DNA from: Piromyces finnis finn
Lineage: Eukaryota; Fungi; Neocallimastigomycota
DNA: 64,000 bases
Direction: 5' to 3'
Assembly: GCA_002104945.1 (NCBI GenBank)
Contig: MCFH01000046.1
Span: 62,001-126,000 of the forward strand
The notes under the pieces are model-generated. The model searched no databases and was not told the DNA's origin. It was given only the letters and a program-made list of their open reading frames with translations. Shown here one piece after another: positions 46,986-60,586 of the stretch; the stretch's first letter is position 1, and each line of letters starts with the position of its first letter. The position numbers were made by a program, and so were the translations under genes.

Positions 46986-49003
46986 ATGAAAATTATAAAG
47001 AAGATAGAAAAGGCTATTCAACAAAAAAGAACTTTTTGTTCCTTTGAATACTTTCCACCAAAGACACCACAGGTACTTTAATAAATGATAAATTTTTATT
47101 TTAAGTATTTATTATTTGTTAGCTATTAAATAAAAAATATTTCAAGTTATTCAATAGTAAAACGAAATATAAATAAATTATTAATTTATTTTTATAAAAT
47201 ATTAATATAAAAAAGGGTGTAAATAATTTATACGATCGTTTTGAAAGAATGGCCTTACTTGGTCCAGAATTTATTGATGTTACCTGGAATGCTGGTGGTG
47301 TTACTTCAGATTTAACTATTGAAATTTGTTCAAATGCTCAAACGGTTTATGGTTTAGAAACAAATATGCATTTAACATGTACAAATATGCCCGTTGAAAA
47401 AATAGATCATGCCTTAAGAGTTAGTTTATTTTTATTAATATAATTGTATAACTTTCACCGAGATATTATATAATATTAAAATTTATCATGATTATTAATT
47501 TTACAATAATTAAATTATATATAAATAAAAATGATAAAATAGGAAGCTAAAAAGGCTGGCGTTCAAAATATTTTTGCACTTCGTGGTGATCCACCACGTG
47601 GTGTAAAAGACTGGACTCAATGTGAAAATGGTTTTGCTTTTGCTATTGATTTAATTCGTTATATTAAGAAAGGTTATGGTGATTTCTTTGGTATTGGTGT
47701 TGCAGGTTATCCTGAAGTTCACCCAGATAGTCCTTCAAAAGAAGACGATTTAAAATTTTTAAAGGAAAAAGTTGATGCTGGTGCAGATTTCATCATTTCA
47801 CAATATTTCTATGATGTTGATCTTTTCTTACAATGGGTTAAAGATTGTAGAGATGCTGGTATTAACTGCCCAATTTTACCAGGCCTTTTACCAATTCAAA
47901 CATATGATAAATTTATTAATATGATTCGTATGAACAATACTTCTGTCCCAGAATATATATTAAAGGATTTAGAACCAATAAAGGAAGATGATCAAGCTGT
48001 AAAGGACTATGGTATTAAATTATTAACTGAAATGTCAAAGAAACTTATAGCTAATGGAATTCCAGGTATTCATATTTATACTATGAATTTGGAACGTTCT
48101 GCAAGAGTTATTCTTGAAAACTTAGGTCTTGCTCAATCTCAAGAAATTGTTAAACCACTTCCATGGAATAGAAGTTTGAAGAATAATAGATTAAAGGAAG
48201 ACGTTCGTCCAATCTTTTGGAGAAACCGTATTAAGAGTTATATTCAACGTACTGATTCATGGGATGAATTCCCTAATGGTAGATGGGGAGATTCTCGTTC
48301 ACCAGCATATGGTGAAATTAATCTTCATTCCTCATCTTCCTTTAAATACTCAAATGCTGATTGTTTAGCTATGTGGGGAAATCCAGAAAAACCAGAAGAA
48401 GTTTTTGAAGTCTTTTCAAAATATCTTAAGGGAGAAATTAAAGCTTTACCATGGTGTGAAACAGCACTTCATAAGGAATCCTCTATTATTCGTGAACGTC
48501 TTATTAATATTAATAAGAAGGGTTTCCTTTCTATTAACAGTCAACCTTCTGTAAATGGTGCACCATCTACTGATAAAGTTTATGGTTGGGGTCCAAAGAA
48601 TGGTTTTGTTTTCCAAAAAGCCTACTTAGAATTCTTTATTAAAGAAGAAAAGCTTCAAAAATTAGAAGAAGCTATTAAAGAAGATGGTTTCCTTTCATAT
48701 TATGCTATTAACCAAAAGGGTGATTTAAAAACAAACCAAAAAGATGAAACAGCTAATGCTGTTACTTGGGGTGTATTCCCAGGACGTGAAATTCTTCAAC
48801 CAACAATTGTAGAATTAGTAAGTTTCTTAGCATGGAAGGATGAAGCTTTCACTTTATGGAATATTTGGAAGGATCTTTATGACAAAAATTCCAAATCATA
48901 TGAAATTATTAATGAATTATCAACAAATTACTATTTAATTAATATTGTAGATAATAACTTCCAACGTGTTGATAAAATTTACGATATTTTGGAAAAATTA
49001 TAA
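46986..49003 (+). CDS. MET13: Methylenetetrahydrofolate reductase, eukaryotic type with C-terminal SAM-binding regulatory domain, 3 exons
   Basis: Exons at about 46986-47072, 47216-47419 and 47543-49003. Motifs [84 protein letters not shown] and [22 protein letters not shown]13 versus MET12 orthology was not tested. Confidence 0.95.
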
Positions 49004-49600
49004 ATTATTTAATATCTGTATAATCTCATTCCTCTTAATATATATATATATTGAGATAAGCATTAATATTTTATTTCATAATATCAAATATCATAGCATT
49101 CCAAAATTTAAAGTCATGGAACAAAAACATAAAATGGAATTGTTAATATTTATTTTTCATGAACTATTTTTATTTAATCGCATTTTATAATATATCAAAA
49201 CATAAAACATAATTTTATTATAAAAAATATAGAATTAATTTTAAAAAATAATGATTTTCCTATAAAACTTGGTATTTATTTTATTCAAAATAATTAAATT
49301 ATTTAACAAGATATTACAAAACAATCAAAAAATAATAATCAAACTTTTTGATAAAAAATTATTCAATATAAATAATATATATATTAAAATAGTGAATAAT
49401 TTGTAAATATTTACAATAAAAAATAATTATAAATCTTTATAGTTAAAGGTATAAAAAAGGGAATAAAATTATAAATTTTAATGAAAAAATTTATTAATTT
49501 TATAATCAAATTATCTTGAAAATTATAGAATATAAAACTATTCATTTTAATAATCATACATATATGTAATTTTTACTATTTATATTTAAAGCAAATAAAG

Positions 49601-49621
49601 AAATAAAATAAAATAAAATAA

Positions 49622-49657
<36 letters not shown>
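49601..49657. repeat. Compound (AAAAT)n/(AAT)n microsatellite
   Basis: Directly visible tandem units. Confidence 0.85.
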
Positions 49658-49849
49658 TTAGAATCATTAATGTAATTTATAAATATAAATATCTTTTTTT
49701 TTTATAAAATTGTTAGATATTAGATCTTTAAAATAAGATTAACGTAATATAATTTTTTGAAATGGTAGAAATAGTAGTAACATTAGAGGCAATAATAATG
49801 GCTTTATTATTAATAATAATTGGTTTCCAAATTTTTAGATACTTCCAAA

Positions 49850-51240
49850 ACTATAGGTAAAGATATAAAAGCCATCGTGCCTGCAGATTTAAAAGGTCCA
49901 GCATTCCATCGCCCTCAATACATCAAAAATTTATCACATGAAAAACACCTGGGCTCCAGGTCCCGATGGTATCTCAATTGAGTTCTTCAAAGCTTTCTTT
50001 TGTAACGAAGAACTGGAAAAAGAAAATAAGTCTTCTGGAAATTTTCTTAAATTACTTTTTAATAAAATCTGGAATGGACCCTTTCCTTTGAAATAGAACT
50101 CTGCTTCCATTGTTTCTATTCCAAAGAAAGGCGATCTTTCATATTGCAATAATTATCGTGGTATTTCTCTCATCAACATAGGTCTTAAAATCATTTCAAA
50201 AATTGTAACTGATAGATTTTCAAAGTATGCTCTTTCTCATAATTTTATAAGACCTGAGCAATTTGGTTTTCGCAATAAAGAAGAATGCATTAGCTTATTT
50301 ATTTCCATTAGAGAAATCTGTCAAAGAAAAAAATTTAAAGGAAAAGCCACTTATGTTGCTTTTCTAGACTTTAAAAAAGCATACGACTCAGTTCCTATTT
50401 TTAATATCCTTACAAAGTTATATAAATTAGGTATACGTGGTAAATATTTTGATTTTATCAATAATCTCTACTCTACCTCAAAAGCAGTGCATGTTTCTTG
50501 GATATGCTCTCTAATGAATTTTCTATCAACCGTGGTGTAAGACAAGGATGTCCTCTTTCTCTTATTCTATTTAATCTCTTCATCAACGATATTTTAAATA
50601 AATGTTGCGGATATGATGAACAATCTTATTATCATTAGATTTTAATATGTCCTGCATTCTCTGAATACAGAACTTCTTCACTTAGCTTTCTTGACGATCT
50701 TTTTACTTTTTTTCACAATAAATACAATAATCAATTCATCACTTACTCCCTGAAATGGATGTAATAAAAACAATTTATAATTATATTTTTACGTTCCTTC
50801 TTGGTGGAACTTTAGCTTATGATGAACTACAAATCGAAAAGACGGGACAAAGACATTTGAATGAACAGCTTTACAGTTCATTGGGTCTCATGTTTCATAT
50901 GTAGAGGGTCTCGCGACTTTTCTTACTAAAACAATCCCTATCATTAGTAGCTCAATGAAGCTACTTTTTGATAATTATAGTAAGACACCTAACGTAATCA
51001 AGAGCGCCGACGTCGTACCGATATGGCAAAGGAACATTCCTAATGTTTCGTACACAGGGTTAAATATTAGTATTTCTTCGAATGAAAACATTATGAGCTC
51101 ATGGGAGAGTTTAGTGAACACCACACTATCATACCTGATGTTACTTCTCTTTTATATTTTATTTAACTTGTTAAGTAGGGACCAATCCCCACAGGACAAT
51201 TTGCAGAGTTCGTTGAACTTTTATACAGTTTAAATAATTA
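49850..51240 (+). mobile_element. Decayed non-LTR (LINE) retrotransposon fragment: partial reverse transcriptase plus C-terminal Cys/His knuckle and 3' end
   Basis: A locally GC-richer island. The + strand translation from 49938 gives APGPDGISIEFFK…IVSIPKKGDLSYCNNYRGISLINIGLKIISKIV…QFGFR…YVAFLDFKKAYDSVP…(frameshift near 50490)…NRGVRQGCPLSLILFNLFINDILNKCCGYDEQSYYH*ILICPAFSEYR…FLLGG. It has in-frame stops at 50094 and 50636 and no YADD motif. Element boundaries are approximate. Confidence 0.92.
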
Positions 51241-51594
51241 TTTGGTTTTAGTATATATTTATTTTTTTATATACATTTTATTATTTTTATTTTATTATTT
51301 ATTATATTAATATGTATTATCGCCTAATATAATATAAAATCATAAATTAAATAAATAAATATAAAAAAAAGTGTAGTCTTAAAAAAATTTTTGCAATAGT
51401 CAAATTAATAATCAACAATCTCTATATACTATTTTTTTATTCTCATTCAATTTACTAGGAATATATATATCTACATAGTACAGTTTGCAGAGCTAATAAA
51501 ATTATTATTCAGTTTAAATATATTGTATTTTATATTTACATATATATTTTATCCTTTTTATTTATTAATCCATTATCAAACAGTGTAATTTTAA

Positions 51595-51624
51595 TAAATA
51601 AATAAATAAATAAATAAATAAATA
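51595..51624. repeat. (TAAA)7 microsatellite
   Basis: Directly visible tandem units. Confidence 0.85.
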
Positions 51625-53432
51625 TCCAAATCTTCATGAGTATAATTGAAGAAAGTTAACAAAATTGTTATTTAAATATATATTTTTTTATTTATATATT
51701 TTATTAGTTTTATTATTATTTTTATTATATTATTATTTATTATCATCTAATGTAATTAATTAAATACTTTATTTTAAAAATTAAATAAACAAACAAGAAT
51801 ATTCTTTTCTTTGTCTAAAAAAAAATGAAAACGAACTTTTATTAACAAATTATACTATTTACTATTTTTATGATGCAGAATATTGAATATACTCAAAAAT
51901 ATTATTAAAAATGTAATGCTATTTTTCATTAGTTTTAAGTCTATATTATGACGAATAGTACACTTAAGTTTTAGACATTGGGATTATTAATCAATTTATT
52001 CTTCCAAGGTATGAAATTAATAAATAGTAAAATTATTATTAATGAAATTTTAAAAGATATACTTTTATTACTAAAACATATTATATTAAAAGAATAGCCA
52101 ATCCATAATTTCATTTATCAAAATGAATAATACATAAAGTTATAAGTAATAATAAATACTTTTAGTGTAAATTATAATTATAATTACAACACTTAAAGTA
52201 TAGGGATTTGATGATGTTTTTCAATAGATTTATAATTTAAATAAAAATATTTGTGTATATTTAATATTTTTCTACTCTTAAAGAAAACACACATATATTT
52301 TAACTATAATATCATTAAATTTTCAAAGATTAATATACAAAGTAGCTAATTTTTGTTTTTTCTTTCGTTCTTTATTGAATGGTATTAGTAATCTATAATA
52401 AATTAGATTACTCAGAATATAATAATATTTTTTTTTTTTATATTGTTGAAATTTACTATATAAGTAAGAATTTAATATTTAATAAAATATTAATAAATAT
52501 CCTATTTTCAATTTATTCTTCTATTTTATATTCCATATATTTATCATTATTATGATTTTATAAAGATTATTTTCTCTTTATAATAAATTGGATTATACAT
52601 CTAATAAATTTTTAATTACATTTTTAGTTACATTAAATTATAATTACATTATTTATTTAAATATTTATTTATTTTTAAATTTAAAATAATTATTATTCTG
52701 TTATAATTATTTTTAAATTAAATTTAATTATGTAAATAATAAATAATTAATTAATTTATTATAACATTTTAAGAAATATATTTAATGTTTATATTTTATA
52801 AAAATATTTTTTAAAATTTTTTAAATAACCAAACACTAAAAATAAAAAAAAAAAAAAAAAAAGAAAAAGATTTTTTAATAATTAATATTGAAAAAGCACT
52901 TTTGGAAATTTATATGTAATAAATCCAATATTTATTAATAACAATATAAGAATTTTAAGATTTAAAAGAGTATTATAACTTCAAGTAGAGTTTTTTATTG
53001 TTTTTTTTTTTCCTAAGAATATATATATATTAATATATATATTTGATTCAATATATATGAATTTTAGAAATTGAAAATTAAAATTCTAGATTTTCTGAAA
53101 TTATCAAATGAATATATATTATATATATATATGCCTCAATTTTTATAAAAGTACTATACTTATGTAGTAAAAATGATATTCATAAATTTAAAGTTTTATT
53201 TCTCAAACTTTTTTATATAAAATAATAAATAGAATAATATTGTTTAAAAAATAATGTTTGTGTATTAGTATATAATTATTTAAGAGATTCTTTCGTCTGA
53301 TCAATATTAAATACTAAATAATATAATTTAATAAAACAATTTTATATATTATTATTTAAATAAAAATAAGAATGATTTAAAAATAATAAAGAAAAATAAA
53401 AATTAGAATTTTGTAATAAATAAGCACTAATA

Positions 53433-53465
<33 letters not shown>

Positions 53466-53711
53466 CATCTTACTTTCAATATAATATTTATATGATACAT
53501 TTATGATAGAGGCAAACGGTAATTATAATATAATATCAATAATAATTAATAATTTATCTAAAATAATTTATTAAATCAATAGATAATTATTTGATACTAA
53601 TGTTTTTTTCCTTTTTATCTCATTATCGCACAATTAAAAACAACTACAACAATAATAATAACAGTCATAAACATAATATAGAACATTTAATAGGATAATA
53701 AGTAATATAAA

Positions 53712-55916
53712 ATGTCTAATACAACCGTTGTTTGTGATAATGGTACAGGTGTAAGTATCTCTACTATTTATTATTACTATTATTATTATATAAGTATAAT
53801 TAGATTTAAACGTAAATAATATATAAATAAATGAATAGATTTTTCATTTATTTATATAAAAGGGAATATAAAAACATAATTCAATAGGGCATAATATACT
53901 ATATAACATATATAACATCTTATCCAACAATATAATTAATAATAATATAATTAACAATATTAATACAACAAGATTTAAAATTGTTTGCTAATAATTATAA
54001 AGTGGATGGTCCATTTCAAATTCAATTTATTATAGATATGATATAAGAAATATTTTTTTTTTCTGTTGTAAATTTAAAATTATAGTGTATTTTTGAAAGT
54101 TTAAATTTACATTCATTTAATACTGAATATAACAACAACAACAATTATAGAAATTAGATTTGAAGTACATTAATTAGTTGCTTTATTTTTTTTAATGATA
54201 TTAAAAACTATATTTTAATAATTTTTAATTATGATTGTTTTATTTATTATTATTATTATTTTCACAATGAAATCAAAGTTTGTAAAGTGTGGTTTCGCCG
54301 GTCAAAACTTCCCAACCGCTATTTTCCCAGCTATGATTGGTCGTCCAATTATGAGAGCTGAAGAAAAAGTTGGTAATGTCGAATTAAAAGATATTATGGT
54401 TGGTGAAGAAGCTGCTGAACTTCGCACTATGCTTGAACTTAAGTATCCAATGGAAAATGGTATTATTGTTAACTGGGAAGATATGTTCCATCTTTGGGAT
54501 TACACTTTTTACGAAAAATTGAAGATTGATCCAAAAGAATGTAAGGTTTTATTAACTGAACCAGCTCAAAATCCAAAGAACAATCGTATAAAGATGGTTC
54601 AAACCATGTTTGAACGTTATGGTTTCCAAGCCGTTTATGTTGCTATTCAAGCTGTTCTTACTTTATATGGTCAAGGTATTCAAACTGGTGTTGTAGTTGA
54701 TTCTGGTGATGGTGTTACTCATATCGTTCCAATTTATGAAGGTTTTGCTTTACCACATTTAACTAGACGTTTAGATATTGCTGGTCGTGATATTACTCGT
54801 TACCTCATTAAATTATTACTTCTTAAGGGTTACCCATTCAATAGTACTGCTGATTTTGAAACTATTCGTCAAATGAAGGAAAAATTATGCTATGTTGGGT
54901 AAGTTTTATTTAAATATTCTACTATATATATATCGTATTTATCAAAATATTACTAAAATAATTTGTTGATATATATAATTTTATAGTTATGACTTAAATT
55001 TAGAACACAAATTAGCTACTGAGACTACCGTCTTAGTTGAAAATTACACTGTATGTTGTATTTAAAATTTTATAAAATATTTGTAATATTTTTAGTATAA
55101 AATAAGAAAAATATTGATATCATATAATAAATATGTGTTTAAATCAAATAATATACAGTTACCAGATGGTAGAGTTATTAAGGTTAGTAATGAACGTTTC
55201 GAAGCACCAGAAGCTTTATTCCAACCACACTTAGTTGATGTTGAATCCATGGGTGTTGCTGGTATGGAAATAATATATATTTATTAATCATAGTATAATA
55301 TTATGTTACTTATATTCTTTTCTTTTTGATATTAATATATTTAAATTGTTCTATATTTTTATAAATAAAAATTAAATAGAATTATTATTCAATACCATTC
55401 AATCTGGTGATATTGATATTAGATCAGAACTTTACAAGCATATTGTTTTATCTGGTGGTTCATCAATGTACCCAGGTTTACCAAGTAGACTTGAAAAGGA
55501 AGTTAAGCAATTATACTTACAAAAAGTTCTTAATGGTGATACTTCTCGTTTAAGTGTAAGTGGTTATTGTTTTTAATAACAATTTTTTCACTTTGTTAGT
55601 GGAATTGATAATACTATCTAAAAATTTAAATATTTGTACTTTAAAATAAATATTGATTTAGAAAAAAATTATACTTTTTATATGAAATATAAATTAATAA
55701 TAATATTTTTAATTTTTTATAAACATTTATTGTTAATAATAACAGAAATTCAAGATTAAGGTTGAAGATCCACCAACTCGTAAACACTTAGTCTTCATTG
55801 GTGGTGCTGTATTAGCTGAAATTTACAAGGATAGAGAAGAATTCTGGATCACCAAGAAGGAAATAGATGAATATGGTATAGAAAAGGCTCTTGAAATGCA
55901 TGGTATAAAAGTATAA
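53712..55916 (+). CDS. ARP2: Actin-related protein 2 (Arp2/3 complex), 6 exons
   Basis: Exons at about 53712-53750, 54279-54898, 54987-55050, 55159-55261, 55380-55555 and 55747-55916. Motifs [94 protein letters not shown] and [22 protein letters not shown]. Confidence 0.96.
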
Positions 55917-56757
55917 GCTAAATTAGTTAAAACCTTTTTCCAACCTAAAGTTAAAAAATGACACAAATTGAATCATAATATATATATATATAAAATAATA
56001 AATTGGATAATATAACATAATGAAATAAAAAAAAAAAAAAGAATCAAAAAAAAAAAAAAAAAAAAAGTAAAAAATAGGTTAAAATAAAATATACATAATA
56101 TTTATATATAAATATAATAAAAACAATGATATTATGTCTTGTTTTTAATATATATATATTTACATGAAATAAAAGTTAATTAAAAATTAATATATTGAAA
56201 TATTTATTATAATCCAATAAATAAAAAGTATACTAACTACTAATTCTACTAATAAAAATAACAAATAATACCACAACTGTATAAATCTTTAATAATAATA
56301 ATAATAAATAAAATAAAATTCAAACAAAATCTAAAAAGAAAAAATTAATATTTTTATTATTTTTTTTTATATGCGTATTATTATATAAATTAAACGTTTT
56401 TAAATGTATTTACACATTTCAATTATTACATAATAATAAAAGGGTGGTTATAATGTTTGATATTATTTTTTTTTTTTTTTTTTTTTTTTTATTTTATGTT
56501 ATTTTATTTTATACAATAAAATAAAATCGAAATAAATTTAAATACTATAGCTATTAATGTTAATATATAATTAAAACTTGGAAGTTACAATAAATATCAT
56601 TTTCTTAAATTTCTTTATATGTAAGTATTAATATGCTTTTTTTTTTTTTTTTTTTTTTTTTATAAATGACTTAAATAGTACCTAAAAGAATAATTATATT
56701 TTATATATTGATGCATAATTAATATATAAGGAATTAATCAAATGAAATAATTTTATA

Positions 56758-57466
56758 TTATTTACCATTAAAACCAACAAAACCAGTTAATAAGAAGATT
56801 GGGAAAAATGATTTCTTTTCGATTTGTGAACACCAATGCCACTATTACATTTTTTTTTTAACAGTTTCATTAATTATAAGTATTATGTTTTTTTTTTGTT
56901 TTTTTTTTTTTTAAATATTATTATAAATAATTATCTTGTTCTATAACTTACAGCACTGGTTAAACGTCCATCAATACATGAACCAGCATCAAAGAAATTA
57001 TCAGCTCCAGAACCATTGAAAGCATATTTAAAGAAATCTGCTAAAATGGTCTATAAAATCAGTTTTATTTAATTTTTTTTTTAAAAAAAAAGTAATTATT
57101 TTAATAATATTATTAAGCAAATTGCAAATGAATTTTAATAATAAAAAAGATTTATATAATATGTTAATACCTTTTTAAGTGTTTCTAAACCTCCAAATTC
57201 TCTATCAATGTATGAACTTATACCCTCATCATTACATAATTCATCAATGTGATCTAAGCAAATACAAATTGGGTTTAAGATTGATGATACTTGGGTGTAT
57301 TTATCAATGAACCTATTACATATAGTAGGATTTTAATAAATATTTAAATTCATATATTAATAATATTATTTTAGTTCTACTTACATAAATGCATTTGGTA
57401 CATTGTGATCACTATTATTTAAAAAAGAAAAACAATTATAAATATATTTAAATATATTAGATTTAT

Positions 57467-57503
<37 letters not shown>

Positions 57504-58344
57504 CTAATTAAGAAGAAAATTTATATTACCCAAGGTGAATAACAGATGAACCAACCCATGAACCAATATCGCATTGTGCCTTATATAAAATACTTTGCAT
57601 AGTTCTTGAGACACGAGGTGCATTTTGAACACGATTTAAACCTTGACCTGTATCTCTTAATCTATAAATATTATCACCAGAAAGTAAATCTTCTTCTGCT
57701 AATGTCCAAAGTTTATACATTTCATGTGCAATTTCTTTCCAAAGAGTTAAAGATTGTAAAACATAATTGTATTGCTTTTCATGATTATGAGTAAGTCTTG
57801 AGGTATTTCTACCCATTTGAATTGCCAATGAATAATTAGGTTCATATTTATCTGGTTTAAAATACTTTTTCAAATAATCTTTTTATAAAAATTACGTTTG
57901 GTTATTAAAAAAAAAAAAGAATTATAAAAGCAAAAATAAATATTAAAAATATATATATATATATTTAATAAATTATTGAAAAATTTACCTATCATTTTAG
58001 TACATGGATCTTTATTTGCTCTTAAATAAGCATGATTATCACCAATAGAGTACAAGCAACGTTTAATATCATCTTTTGAAAGTTCAGGATTGGCATATTT
58101 TTTTGCTAAATGTTCAATTGCATTTTCCTTAATCTTAATTTCCTTTTGAATTTGGTTTCTTGTTTTGTTCGTTGGAAGAATTTCTTGAGTTGCTACAGCA
58201 ATAATATTATCTTGTAATAATTTAATACCGTTTTTACGATTTTCTAAGAAATTGTATACAGTTTTTAATGGAATACAACAATTAAAACCAAGCATATCCT
58301 TAATCTTTTATATATATATATTAATTAATTAATTAATTAATATT

Positions 58345-58393
<49 letters not shown>

Positions 58394-60328
58394 GTATTAG
58401 AATATTATCATTTCTATTAATTAATATTTAAATAAAAAATAATTACTTCTTCAATTTGACTATCCTGTTATATATTATTATAATTATGATAAATAGCAAC
58501 AACAATAAAAATATTAATTATATCGAATAAAAATAAATTATAATATTAAAATATTATTGTATTATTTGTAAATAGAATTAAAACTACTTGTAGTAAATAA
58601 ATTAATTTTCCATAATCAGGCATTTTTTCTGGTGTTGTAATTTTGTAACGACGACCAATTTCGAAAATATCTTGGAAAAACTTTTCATTATCTTCAAAGG
58701 ATTTATTTTGGAATAGACGTTGACCTTCACGATAATTAGCAGATAAAACTAAACCACTAAGAATAGAACAAAATTCCTTGATTTGATTAACAATTCCTTT
58801 AATATTTATTTATTATTTTATTTTTTATAAATATGAGTATAATTTAATAATATCTTGCTTTAAAAATTTTATTTATTTTATTATTATTTAATTATTAAAA
58901 TTTTTTTTTTTTTTTTATTATTATTATTAATTCAATTTAATTTATTTTATTTAATAAATACTTACTTTTTGCTCTATTACTGTATACAATTATATCAATT
59001 TTGTCTAATGTTTAAAGAATTGAAAAAATTTTTTTAACAAATTTAGATGTTATATTAGAAAGCCATCATTATTATTATTATTTTTTATTATTATTATTAT
59101 TACCAGTATATTCAGAAACATTTAAAGTTGCTTCTAATAATCTCAAGTATTTACGTTCTTCATAGGTTAAACGAAGTGGAATATATTTAGTTCTTTCAAC
59201 ATACCATTCACCAACTTCTTGAATATCGTTATTTGAAAAAATGGATTTTGAAACATCAAAATTAATTTCACTCAACTTTTGTATTATAAAAAAAAATATT
59301 ATATTGTTAATCTTAAAGTAAATGTTAAATATAGACAATATTGATTTATAAGGAAAGATTTATCTACATCAATATTAGGTTCACTTTTTATTTGGTTAAT
59401 AGTATTTTCATTTAATACAGCATTTTCGATAATCTTTTCATTAGGCTTGATTTCTTTAGTTTGATGCTTTTGTCTTAATTTACCTTTTCTGTGCTGATCT
59501 TTTTTATATAGTATTTATATAATAAGTATCATTATTAATAAACAAAATTATTATATATCATATATCGTGCTTTTATTACTTTTAAAGCAAACCTAATATT
59601 AGTTATTAGTTTAATTGATAATTTTTTTAAAAATTAGACTTTTGCTTAAATATTAATTAATATATATTTTAATAACATACTTCACAATAATTATCAAGAC
59701 ATTGTTCACAGTATAATGTGGCCGGTTGGTCTTCACATTCAACACTAATAAAAAATTTAGTTTTTTGTATATTATAAAAAAACATTAATATATAATATAA
59801 TAATTTAATAAAATATATAATTTTACCAATAATATTCTTCAATCATTTTTTGAGTCTCAGCATCACGAATAAGTTCTTCATTATTATTGAACTTTGTTTC
59901 TAGATTTTCATCTACAACGTCTTGATAATCTTTGGTTAGAATATCATTTAAAAATTTGTTTTTATTTTGTGATTCCATTTTTTGAAGACAACTACTTTCA
60001 CCTTATTATTTATTTGTATATTTCATTTATATTTCAAATGTTTTATTAATAGTTAATATAATGCAATATTATAAATAAGTATTTAGTATGTTAAAAAAAC
60101 TTATTTTATTAAAAGAAAGAGAGAAAGAAAGAAAATACTAATAAATATTTGAAATTTACTATTATTTCCAGCACAATTATTACTATTAATTTCTTTTTTA
60201 TCTTTTATAATTTCACTATCAGTTTCTCCAATTTTATCCGATAATGAACCAGAAGAATGCAATGAATTTTCCTTTCCCTTTTTATTTTTACTATGCAATG
60301 AATGTCTAAATAAATTTAATGCCTTCAT
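56758..60328 (-). CDS. UPF0652/DUF2009 family protein with N-terminal B-box-type zinc finger, many exons including micro-exons
   Basis: The spliced translation includes CVECEDQPATLYCEQCLDNYCE-VCFK-NQHRKG (B-box-like), [132 protein letters not shown] and WHWCSQIEKKSFFPIFLLTGFVGFNGK*. Confidence 0.85.
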
Positions 60329-60544
60329 ATAGTATATCTAAAAGATTTTATAATTATATATTTAGTTAAATAATAAAGAGATGATTTTAATATTAATGCT
60401 TTATATATATATATATTGATAGAAAATAAATTTTGTGTTTGTTCAATAAAATTATAGAATCTAATTATTAATTTGTCAGAATTTAACTTTTTAAATATTT
60501 AATATACAACACACATTTCTTTTATTGTTTAAACATATACAATC

Positions 60545-60586
<42 letters not shown>

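Noticed and set aside
37956-49190. Small AT-rich ORFs at 37956-38153, 40465-40647, 40976-41161, 42276-42476, 42856-43122 and 48966-49190
   Set aside because: They are I/F/L/Y/K-rich translations of intronic, UTR or antisense sequence and overlap better-supported genes on the other strand or frame.
49934-50149. Minus-strand 71-aa ORF and the plus-strand ORF 50955-51233 as independent genes
   Set aside because: The first is antisense to the LINE RT. The second lies in the LINE ORF2 tail and 3' region, with the frame open upstream of its ATG.
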